From Epithemia pelagica (taxonomy: Eukaryota > Protista > Bacillariophyta), in assembly GCA_946965045.2 (NCBI GenBank), contig OX337240.1, positions 744,001-808,000 of the forward strand: a stretch of DNA of 64,000 nucleotides. Reading direction: 5' to 3'. The position numbers and the translations under genes were made by a program. Within the stretch, counting starts at the first letter, position 1, and every line of letters starts with the position of its first letter. The notes beneath the pieces were generated by a model. It made no database searches, had not been told where the DNA came from, and saw only the letters and a list, made by a program, of their open reading frames with translations. Of this stretch, positions 11,458-20,108 are shown piece after piece.

Positions 11458-12345
11458 ATGAAGATCACCACTCATCAAACAATTCAGCATTTGGAAGATG
11501 CCAAACAAGTCCTCTTGGATATCGAAGCTATTCGAACCACCCTTCCCAAGCTCCAGATGGAGGCACTCGACTACCAAGCCAAGATCCATGACGCCAAACT
11601 GGAGTTGAAGGACATTCTGGAGCAAGTGTCCCGAGCCAAGGAAGAAGCCGACCAGAATTTTCTGGCAATCTCTCGACCTGAATCATCTACTTTGATTACG
11701 GAGGCATCCTCTGTGAACTTGGATCAAGAAGCAACTGTCGGTACGACTGTGGTCAATCAGTCGGACAACGAGGATGACGACGTCTGTATGCCTGATCTCG
11801 TAACGGAAAGTGTTAATCCAGTGGAAGACAGTCAAGATGAAGAAGATGAACAGGACAACCAAAACAATGTGCATAGTAGTGTTCCGTCATTGACACAAGA
11901 TGACGGCTTTCTTGAAAGTGCCGGTACAGAGGATCACCGCAACAAAATGGTTAACTGTTCGCAGTCATCGTCCACAACCTTGTCTTCGTCGTGTTTGATT
12001 GCGGATCTCGAGAAACAGCCGGAACAGAATGATGAAACGACTCCAGGTGACAACTCCAATGACATCAGAGGTTTCACAACTCCCCCTCGTGCAACAGTTT
12101 GTATGATTGAAGACGACATTGATGTTCTGAACAAGCAGTACCCAGAGGAGGAGGAAAAAGAAGAAGTGGATGGTCATTCCTCGATACTTTCCTCCTTGTC
12201 GAGTTCTTCCCCCTCCTCGTGTTGTGCGACGACGCAAAAGAAAAAGGCCCATCGCCTACGTCGTCGTTGGTCGTCACCCAAAAAGTGGCGGCGAATGATT
12301 CGAACCAATCGGCTTCAATCCATTTACCTCCGCCACTCATGTTAA
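11458..12345 (+). CDS. Hypothetical protein (N-terminal coiled coil, acidic/Ser low-complexity body, basic tail)
   Basis: 295-aa open frame with a heptad-like N-terminus; no family recognised. Confidence 0.55.
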   Translation: MKITTHQTIQHLEDAKQVLLDIEAIRTTLPKLQMEALDYQAKIHDAKLELKDILEQVSRAKEEADQNFLAISRPESSTLITEASSVNLDQEATVGTTVVNQSDNEDDDVCMPDLVTESVNPVEDSQDEEDEQDNQNNVHSSVPSLTQDDGFLESAGTEDHRNKMVNCSQSSSTTLSSSCLIADLEKQPEQNDETTPGDNSNDIRGFTTPPRATVCMIEDDIDVLNKQYPEEEEKEEVDGHSSILSSLSSSSPSSCCATTQKKKAHRLRRRWSSPKKWRRMIRTNRLQSIYLRHSC

Positions 12346-12877
12346 TCGAACGGCCCCAACTTTCGTACTAATCACGTATACTATCACCACACTTCAACAT
12401 ACATCAACTGCTATGGTTAATTCTAGAAACAATGATACTATACTGTCCGAACCTTGTCTAGGTCATGACTTTGTCTGTGGTGCCACACTGTTCATGACCA
12501 TATCTTAAGGTCGGTTCCCTCGGGCAACGACGGAAAAAAGATGAGTCGTGTATTCACTGTTTGTATCACATCCGGCTGGAAAGGCTGGCGTGATTTGGCA
12601 GTTGGAAGATGGCTGGCGTTCTGCTCAACAAGACTCAAACTATTCCTGTTCGTTCAGGAGAGTCATAAAATCAATGGGTGTTTACTGAAAGTGCAATGGA
12701 CACAAACATAAACACAAACTCAACCATTAGGTTTAAGTTTAAGTTTATCGTATGTCCTGAATACAAAATAGGTCAAATCCAATAAAAACACAACCTATCT
12801 TTGGATACACGTGTACACGCATGCCTAATCTCCCCCAATGCTCATTCGTCTCCCTCCACCATACAAGAACTAAGACA

Positions 12878-14038
12878 ATGGAGGAAGCTTCCATTCTGAT
12901 GATGTTGCTTCTCCAGCAACAGAACAACAACGAAATAGACGAATACAACCAACTGCGTAGGTCCGTAATCCGCAGAAATGCGTTACATGACCCCCTTAAC
13001 TCTGCATTTATGCACCTCTATAGGTCAATGCAGGATGATGCGTTAATCACCCTTTGTGGTTTTGATCATGCAGCGTTCAATCGGCTTCTAACCCTGTTCA
13101 GACCAATGTTCAAAGCCTACACTCCTTACCCACAGTCACATAACAATCGGGGACACATGCGACGACTTACAAGGAGGAATCATGGTAGGCGCAGGAAAAT
13201 AACAGCGATCATGTGTCTAGGACTTGTGCTGGCATGGACCCGTACTCGAGTATCCAGGAAAGTACTACAATTGATATTCGGCTTCACAGCCAACCCGTTA
13301 TCAGTGTGGCTTAGATTCGGAAGGAGGATCCTGGTCAAGGTCCTTGCCAAGCATCCAGACGCCAAGGTAGAGCTTCCAACACCTGAAGAAATTGCTGTAT
13401 TCAAACAGTCAATCCAAGCCAAATACCCCTGTCTTGCCAACATTTGGGCAGCCATGGATGGTTTGAAGCTCTGTGTTGCCGCAAATCCGTTGACACAAAA
13501 CATGTTTTACAATGGATGGACTCACGACCACTATGTGTCCAATCTCTTTGTCTACTCACCGGATGGCAAAATCCGTGCTTGTTTTATAAACGCTCCAGGT
13601 TCATGGCATGACTCTACACTTGCCTCTATTTCAAACATCTACAACAAGTTAGATGAACTACATGAGCGGGAGAGAGATAATGGTGGAGCCCGTGTGGTAG
13701 TTGATTCTGCCTTTGGAAGGGAAAACCGTCCCTCCTTGCTTAAGTTGCATCAGTCAAATTTTGACAACGATGGTAATGTGCGGATGAGACGCGTAGTGTT
13801 CCGTGCCGCAACTTCTGTTCGGCAATTGTCGGAGTGGGGGATGAGAGGTCTACAGGCATCTTTCCCTCGCCTCAAAGACCGTCTCCCCTATGAAGAGGTT
13901 GGAGAGCGCCGAGTGATTCTACGGTTGATTGCTCTTCTTTACAACTTTAGAGCATCAACTGTTGGATTTAATCAAATCCAGACGACATACATGCCACAAC
14001 TCCGTCAAAATGCTGCTCGTGCCACTAGTAATTTCTAG
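12878..14038 (+). CDS. Harbinger-type DDE transposase (DDE_Tnp_4-like)
   Basis: Motifs WAAMDG, FYNGW, PGSWHDS, VVDSAF, RQLSEWGMR.LQ.SFPRL. Confidence 0.9.
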   Translation: MEEASILMMLLLQQQNNNEIDEYNQLRRSVIRRNALHDPLNSAFMHLYRSMQDDALITLCGFDHAAFNRLLTLFRPMFKAYTPYPQSHNNRGHMRRLTRRNHGRRRKITAIMCLGLVLAWTRTRVSRKVLQLIFGFTANPLSVWLRFGRRILVKVLAKHPDAKVELPTPEEIAVFKQSIQAKYPCLANIWAAMDGLKLCVAANPLTQNMFYNGWTHDHYVSNLFVYSPDGKIRACFINAPGSWHDSTLASISNIYNKLDELHERERDNGGARVVVDSAFGRENRPSLLKLHQSNFDNDGNVRMRRVVFRAATSVRQLSEWGMRGLQASFPRLKDRLPYEEVGERRVILRLIALLYNFRASTVGFNQIQTTYMPQLRQNAARATSNF

Positions 14039-14086
14039 AATATCCTTTCAATGGAACTCTTACTAAATTTTATTTGATTGTTATCC

Positions 14087-15367
14087 TTAATTTTCTTCGT
14101 GATCTTGATAGTCATTGTGTCCTCCATGGTCATTGTGCTCATTTTCTCCTTCTTCTTCCGCTCCTTCTTCTTCACGGCTTCGTTTCTTCTTTGAATTATG
14201 ATTGTTGTCGGCGTTCTTTCCAAACATACCAGCCATAAACATCATGAACTGTTGTTGATCTTGTTGGCGCTGTTGTGCCGCAAGTGTGGCCTGCTGTTGG
14301 GCCATTGTTGCTTGCTGTTGCATCTGTTGGAAGAGCAGCTGTTGCATTGTTGCATTTTGCTGGGCCTCTTTTGCACGCTCTTTCCTGTCTTCGTCGTCCT
14401 TCTCCTGCTTTTTGTTCATGCTCATGATGAGCCAGGTCATGAGGTCCTTCTGCTCTTGGGCCTGTTCTTGTTTGGGTGACCTCCTACGTGGAGTTCGTCC
14501 GGATTTAAGGGAACGTACCGTGGAAATTGAAGATTCTGTAATATTGGTGGCTTCTGCGTCACCAGTCTTGAATAAGTTCGTCGGGATCCTTGTAGGTTGT
14601 TCGTCCTCTTCTTCTTCGTCTTCTTCTATTCCAAGGTCGTCTTCATCAACATCACCACCAGCATCAACTTTTGCGCAGATCAAACCAATGACCATCTTGG
14701 CCCTTTCCACATCCTCGGGCATTGTGGGGTTTCCTGTGGGTACCTTCTTGTTGTGTAAGGTGTTGAATTTTCGTCGCAACGAGTCTCTGTCTCGTTCACG
14801 ACCTGGAAACTGCTTGTTGTACTCTTGAGTGACGATGTCCCATTCATCAGAACAGGCTGGCTTCAGGTCTTCTAACAGATCTAGGAGAAAGTCAACTTCC
14901 CCTTTCTTGTAGGTTGGTCCTTTGCTCCGCCCTGCCCCACCATTTCCTCCTTTTTTCTTGTTTGCCGACATAGGGGGTGGTTTGGTCGTCTTGGTACTTG
15001 TCTTTGCAGGTTGTGTTGTCCTCGCAGGTTGTGTTGTCGCCCTCGCGGCTTGTGTTGTCGCCTTCAAGTTAGTTGGATTGTTGCTGCGCTTGGACTTCTT
15101 GATAGCCGCAGCGACCGAAGCAGCTATATCCTCACGCTTTTTTGCAAGACGGGGAGACTCACGGCGCCTCATAGGCAAGTTTCCTTCTCCTGGAGAGGAT
15201 CGAAGCTCGTCCAGTCGTCGCATCTCTGCCGAGACATCAATTTCTTCGTTGTCATCTACCACTTGCTCTTCTTCAACCCCTTCTTCAGCTGCAACTGGTG
15301 TCGGCATGATGGTAGATTCATCAGAGGAAGAGTCTGGAGACAAGGAAGCTGGACGAAACTCCTCCAT
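14087..15367 (-). CDS. Harbinger ORF2, Myb/SANT-like DNA-binding protein
   Basis: YKKGEVDFLLDLLE..P....W..V...YN.....R...SLRRKF.TL....PTG.P..P..V.RAK core, Gln/Glu-rich tail and a short ARTTQP tandem; lies inside the TIRs. Confidence 0.8.
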   Translation of the reverse strand: MEEFRPASLSPDSSSDESTIMPTPVAAEEGVEEEQVVDDNEEIDVSAEMRRLDELRSSPGEGNLPMRRRESPRLAKKREDIAASVAAAIKKSKRSNNPTNLKATTQAARATTQPARTTQPAKTSTKTTKPPPMSANKKKGGNGGAGRSKGPTYKKGEVDFLLDLLEDLKPACSDEWDIVTQEYNKQFPGRERDRDSLRRKFNTLHNKKVPTGNPTMPEDVERAKMVIGLICAKVDAGGDVDEDDLGIEEDEEEEDEQPTRIPTNLFKTGDAEATNITESSISTVRSLKSGRTPRRRSPKQEQAQEQKDLMTWLIMSMNKKQEKDDEDRKERAKEAQQNATMQQLLFQQMQQQATMAQQQATLAAQQRQQDQQQFMMFMAGMFGKNADNNHNSKKKRSREEEGAEEEGENEHNDHGGHNDYQDHEEN

Positions 15368-16525
15368 GGTGATTCAACCATGAGAGAGAGAAGGAGGAGG
15401 GTGGAGGCGGAGGTGCAAACCACAACCAAGGAATTTCTTTGTTTGGGGGGTTGCAAGATGTATATCTTATACGAATACATATATATCTATAGAGGTGGCA
15501 AGGTGTCTTACGTGCGTTGAGGATGTTGTGTTTAGGGTGTTTCGTTTGCTCGGCAGTCCGAGGTGCCGAGCATTTCTTGGCTGTATCTTAACATAAGCAT
15601 CCAATGAGCAGGTTATGGGTACAAAATATTTGAGTTTGTGTTCGTCCGTTAAGTCTGTTAACTACTTTCAGTAAACACCCAATGCCGCAACAAAATGAGA
15701 CCAAACCAAACCCCAAAACGGCCTCATGCTTCGTTACTGAGCTCTGAGCATGTCATCTTTGTCCGCATGGTAAGTTCCGGACGGCCTAATCCCTGCAGTG
15801 TAATGGACCATGGTTTGGGTTACGTTCTCACTTCTTTGCCACACTTTCAAGTGTTTGTGCCGTTCAACATCCATTTTTGGTCCATTCAATGGGCGGCAGC
15901 TAAAATCAAATGTAGGATTCTTCTAACATGTCATTCGTAGGAGTAGAATTTTCAACCTCAGTAAGATAGGATTAGTGGAACCATTCCTTTCTCATCTGTT
16001 GCTCAGTTTGAGTCTTTAGTGTCTTGTGTTGTCGACTTGCGCCTCTTGGTCGTTTTTTTTGCCAGGAGTATCTCATGTGTTTCTCAGCAGCATGTGGGAC
16101 TCTGCATACTCCATGACACAAGCAGGAAGAGATTCATTCTAAAAGAGGTGGTAGTAGGTCAAGCTCATTTGCTCGCAAAGAGACAAGCCTACGGCATAGA
16201 CAAACAAGGTGTGCGGATGTGGATGAAGGTGTGCTTTTAAACCGAGAACTACACGAGAACAAAGAACACTAGAAAAAGGAGGGAAGGGGGCACAGCCAAA
16301 CACTATCTATGGTCTTTGCATGTCGAATGTCAGTGATACACAAATGATGCAGAATGCATGTTCATGGTGCATGTCCATGACAAACACCTAAAAGAGAAAA
16401 GACGAAGTGACAAAATTTGTGAGGAGTGTTGGAATGAAAGGGAAAAGGGAAGACCAACGGTCAAAGCGCGCACGGCTTCTCACAAGAATTCGAAAGGATG
16501 ATCCAGAAGACCGGCGTGATCATTT

Positions 16526-17524
16526 TCATTTTGACCAGAAATTTTCTTCATAAACGACAAAAAACGAAAATAAAAATGATTGGTCGCGGAGAGCGGCCGG
16601 ACGGCTAAGAAGCGGACACCTAGTCGGAGGGTTCTCCCGCTCAGGACTAGAAACTAGGGTTGGCCATCCGTGGATCTTGATCGACAGATTCACGGGTGGT
16701 TCTATTTCCGGTGGGCTCCCGACGTGAACTCCAATACACTTACCAGCATCTTCTCCTTCAAGAAGAAAAGTTATGGCCCCAGCACATCCCCGGTAGCTAT
16801 TCATATCATGCATAAAATATTGTTCTCCAATACCCGTAATAGTTCCAGTGTAGATACTGATTTCATCGGTTGGTCCGTATACTTTTTCCAGGTCTACGGT
16901 ACGCCTGTCGTTGATCCGTGCAGACTCTTCCGTGGCTTTCTGCTTTGCAAAAATAGCCATTGCAATTCTCGTCCCAATTGAATACTCATAAGTCTTTGGA
17001 ACAGGTTTAAAAACGTGAAAGTTGTCGCGAGTAGACACAGGAGATGGATTCTCGACAAAACGCCCATGGGCAATGTCAACTCCATACTCCCAATTGATCG
17101 AAGTATCGCCGATGGTGATCACCAACGGTTGGATTTTCGCCTTCTGTAGTCCCAGATGCTGAAATTCAACTTGAAACGACAAGTTGTGACGATTCCCGCA
17201 AAACGTACATGAGAGGGCAAACGGGGTACTGCCGCTGTGTGCAACGACGTTGTGAAGAGCAGTGACCGCGGTCGTTGGTCCGTCATCACCATCTAGTGCA
17301 ACCATTCCCATCTGACCTTCTGACGTATTCTGATAGCTGGTGTAAACAGTGAGTAATTGAGCAGCACCATTGAACAGTTTATGGAACAACTGCTCATAAA
17401 GTTCATATTCCTTCGCAGTGCCTACGTCGGTGGAGAATGGCTTTCCGCGTCTGCGAATCATTTCTCTCTCTTGGATGTATGCTTCCGCCCCATCGTCGTA
17501 GTCTTCCCATTCGCAATCATTCAT
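16526..17524 (-). CDS. Trypsin/chymotrypsin-fold protein, catalytic Ser apparently replaced by Ala
   Basis: TALHNV (His), VDIA (Asp), NSYRGCAGA (GxSG position = GCAG) and IGVHVG. Confidence 0.6.
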   Translation of the reverse strand: MNDCEWEDYDDGAEAYIQEREMIRRRGKPFSTDVGTAKEYELYEQLFHKLFNGAAQLLTVYTSYQNTSEGQMGMVALDGDDGPTTAVTALHNVVAHSGSTPFALSCTFCGNRHNLSFQVEFQHLGLQKAKIQPLVITIGDTSINWEYGVDIAHGRFVENPSPVSTRDNFHVFKPVPKTYEYSIGTRIAMAIFAKQKATEESARINDRRTVDLEKVYGPTDEISIYTGTITGIGEQYFMHDMNSYRGCAGAITFLLEGEDAGKCIGVHVGSPPEIEPPVNLSIKIHGWPTLVSSPERENPPTRCPLLSRPAALRDQSFLFSFFVVYEENFWSK

Positions 17525-17548
17525 GGTTGCAACAGAATAAAGTTAATC

Positions 17549-17786
17549 TGCGAGTATAGCTAGGGTAGCAAGCTTATACTCGGCAACAAGACTCATCAAT
17601 CACGAATGATGAGCGACGTAAATGTGAACGAGTGGATGGAATGACTCATCCAAAAGATATTGAAGAAAAGATCCAAGTGAATTTAGTGAGAATTTAGGAC
17701 TAACATAATAGTGATTATCAGAATAAGTATCCTTTTTACGGATTGTTCAATGGGAAAGAGACCGCCGTTCTTTTCCACTACTCGCA
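17549..17786 (+). repeat. 5' LTR of copia A
   Basis: TGCGAGTA...TACTCGCA termini; matches the 3' LTR. Confidence 0.95.
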
Positions 17787-17798
17787 GGTTATGAGCCC
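17787..17798 (+). promoter_or_regulatory. Primer-binding site, half-tRNA-iMet type
   Basis: GGTTATGAGCCC directly after the LTR; its reverse complement GGG-CTCATAA-CC is the anticodon arm of initiator tRNA-Met, as in Drosophila copia half-tRNA priming. Confidence 0.8.
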
Positions 17799-17888
17799 AA
17801 GTATTACGCTGTAGAAGGTTTCCCAAGGTCGTACGGTGTCAAGGGAGTGAGTGCTCTGGCGAGATAGGACAGAGAGAAGGTGAGAACA

Positions 17889-19631
17889 ATGGCGCGAGCA
17901 GAAGACTCGGCAAATGTTTCACCCGCTTCAGGAGCAGCACCGGCTAACACGGGAGACGATGAGGACTATCAAGACGCCTCAGCGGAAGACCAGACTGGAA
18001 CCGACAATCGAGAATCCGACTTTGGATTCCGAACACTCGACGAAACGCTTCAGGGTCTTAATGAGAGAAGACAGAGAAGAACAAGCGATGAAAACAACTC
18101 GGATAAGAGTTCAAAGAGCGATGACTACCCGTTAGATACAGATACCCGATTCATGGTTGGGGGACTGGCAATTGAACTGGTGGAACCAGGTTCAAGGGGA
18201 TATGGTGTCGCAGATCAAGGACCTTTATATCGGAAAGAAAACAGGGAGAAGATGTCCTCGGAGAAGAAACAAGATCTCTTCAAGGAAGCCGTGAAGACAT
18301 CGCAAACAAAATATACTTTCACGAGTATGAGTTTGACCGATGAAAAGAAGTTGGATGAGTGTTATAACACTGCCATCATGATTTCCAAGACCAAGGACAC
18401 GCACATGGTTTATGATATGCATGACGTGTTCACGATTGTGTTTCCCAAGTTGAAAGGATCCCGGAGCATCGAATCTCGTACTGTAGATCTATATTTAAAT
18501 TATGAGGAAGTTACTCCTGATGAAGTTGCAGCAAGTTGTGAATGGTATCGCCGCTGGACCAAGAAGGATTGGTACCGGGAGAATTTGGTACTAACCTACA
18601 AGCATCTGGAAAATAACATGACTCAAAGTCTGTTTGAAAAATGCTACGAGCAGTTTGAGACTTACCCTACCATTCAACAAGGGGGTCCTCTGCTCTTCGT
18701 CATTATGATGAACATCCTGGTTTCAAGTTCGGAAGCCGCTATTGATCACTTGAAAGATTTGGTTAAGAATTTGAAGATTAATGAGTTTCAGGGTGAAAAT
18801 GTTCTTCGTGTTGTAAGTTTGATCCGTGGTGCACACAAGCGCTTGAAATGGGTCAAGAAAGTTCCAGAGCGCTTTAATCAGCAGGTGCTAAAAGTCATGC
18901 AAACTTCATCCGTTGGCAAATTTAACTCTTACTTCCGCTATATCGAGCAAACTTACACAATGGCACGGGACATTGGGAAACTTCAAGGGGATCCTGATGA
19001 CACTGGTGGTTTGGAAGTTGATGTTCTACTTCGCTTAGCCAAAACTAAGTATAATGAATTATGCAGCAGCAATGACTGGCACGGTTCTAAAACGAAAGGA
19101 AAGAACTCTGTGTTCAATGCCCAAGAAGATGCCAAGAAAGCTGCCAATACTGCCTCTTCTGGCAATGGCAAGCCCCAACCAATTTGTTGGAATTGTGGAA
19201 AGCCGGGACATACGGCACCGAAGTGCACGGAACCCCGCAACGAACAGAAGATTGCTGCGAACAAAGAGAAGTTTGGTTCGAAAAAGGCAGCCAATGGGAC
19301 GAGTTCCTCAAATTCTGGAGCAGGTGGTGCATCCGGAAAATGGGCGCCTCCAAAGTCGGACGAACGAAATCGACGCGTAATTGATGGAAAACATATGTTT
19401 TACAACCATCGCACGCGTCGCTGGGTTCCGGATCGGACGCATTCTTCAAACCAAGATGCGAGTGCTCATGCCGCGCGAGCCGACAACGCCAGCACGACCA
19501 GCACGCTCACTGGAGCGACTGGTACTGTGGCTGGTTCTACTGTCAATCGCGCTGAGCTCGATGCTGCAGTCGCAAACGTGGCACGCTCCGTCGATCAGTC
19601 GCTCCGCAGTCTCGTGGAGCATTTCTCCTGA
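17889..19631 (+). CDS. gag: Gag of copia A
   Basis: CWNCGKPGHTAPKC zinc knuckle; ends at TGA 19629-31, in frame with the downstream ORFs. Confidence 0.9.
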   Translation: MARAEDSANVSPASGAAPANTGDDEDYQDASAEDQTGTDNRESDFGFRTLDETLQGLNERRQRRTSDENNSDKSSKSDDYPLDTDTRFMVGGLAIELVEPGSRGYGVADQGPLYRKENREKMSSEKKQDLFKEAVKTSQTKYTFTSMSLTDEKKLDECYNTAIMISKTKDTHMVYDMHDVFTIVFPKLKGSRSIESRTVDLYLNYEEVTPDEVAASCEWYRRWTKKDWYRENLVLTYKHLENNMTQSLFEKCYEQFETYPTIQQGGPLLFVIMMNILVSSSEAAIDHLKDLVKNLKINEFQGENVLRVVSLIRGAHKRLKWVKKVPERFNQQVLKVMQTSSVGKFNSYFRYIEQTYTMARDIGKLQGDPDDTGGLEVDVLLRLAKTKYNELCSSNDWHGSKTKGKNSVFNAQEDAKKAANTASSGNGKPQPICWNCGKPGHTAPKCTEPRNEQKIAANKEKFGSKKAANGTSSSNSGAGGASGKWAPPKSDERNRRVIDGKHMFYNHRTRRWVPDRTHSSNQDASAHAARADNASTTSTLTGATGTVAGSTVNRAELDAAVANVARSVDQSLRSLVEHFS

Positions 19632-20108
19632 TGGGGTGGCCACTGGGTGGCGTCTTTGGACGGTCCATCTGGTGTAGGCCGCCCCTATCATCGCTATGGT
19701 CCCAGGAGGGAAACCTGGGTGACCTCTATCTTCTCATCCTTACTCGACTGTGCGCTCATGAGGGGGATGGGAGACCTATTTTGGCTTTCTCTACCGTGGT
19801 TATTCCTACTGTATCTCGCCTTGTTCATAGGCCTTTGTTGTGCCATGAGCTTGGTCGAGCAAGACTCCAAGTCCGGAGCCACAGCTGCTCATGCTGTGAG
19901 CACTCCACCAAGACCGCCGAAACCTCGTTTGAGACAGTCGGTACGCTCCTATGACCTCAAAATGAAAGCAAGACGTCGAGTCCATCGTGTGATCTGGCGC
20001 AACAACCGTCCTTGTCTTTGGTACAACACGGACGACTGGGATAACTGGACCAACCCGAGAATGTCGTCTCCAGAGGGAGCGACAAACGACACGACGAAGA
20101 TTCTTTGA
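19632..20108 (+). CDS. In-frame spacer ORF between gag and pol of copia A, with a hydrophobic segment
   Basis: Same frame as gag and pol, bounded by two TGA codons; contains LFWLSLPWLFLLYLALFIGLCCAM. Confidence 0.45.
   Translation, partial: WGGHWVASLDGPSGVGRPYHRYGPRRETWVTSIFSSLLDCALMRGMGDLFWLSLPWLFLLYLALFIGLCCAMSLVEQDSKSGATAAHAVSTPPRPPKPRLRQSVRSYDLKMKARRRVHRVIWRNNRPCLWYNTDDWDNWTNPRMSSPEGATNDTTKIL

Larger units (their letters stand above)
12676..15680. mobile_element. PIF/Harbinger DNA transposon, full length (3005 bp)
   Basis: Perfect 17-bp TIRs GGGTGTTTACTGAAAGT (12676-12692 and 15664-15680), 3-bp direct repeat AAT (12673-75 and 15681-83), and two convergent ORFs (DDE transposase and Myb/SANT-like protein). 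Confidence 0.92.

Noticed and set aside
12460-12499. GGTCATGA...TCATGACC inverted repeat and nearby candidate Harbinger ends
   Set aside because: Only 8 bp with no TSD; the true TIRs were found at 12676 and 15680.
17551-17582. 8-bp hairpin CGAGTATA/TATACTCG at the start of the copia A LTR
   Set aside because: Real but short; partly explained by the LTR terminal inverted repeat, and function cannot be argued.
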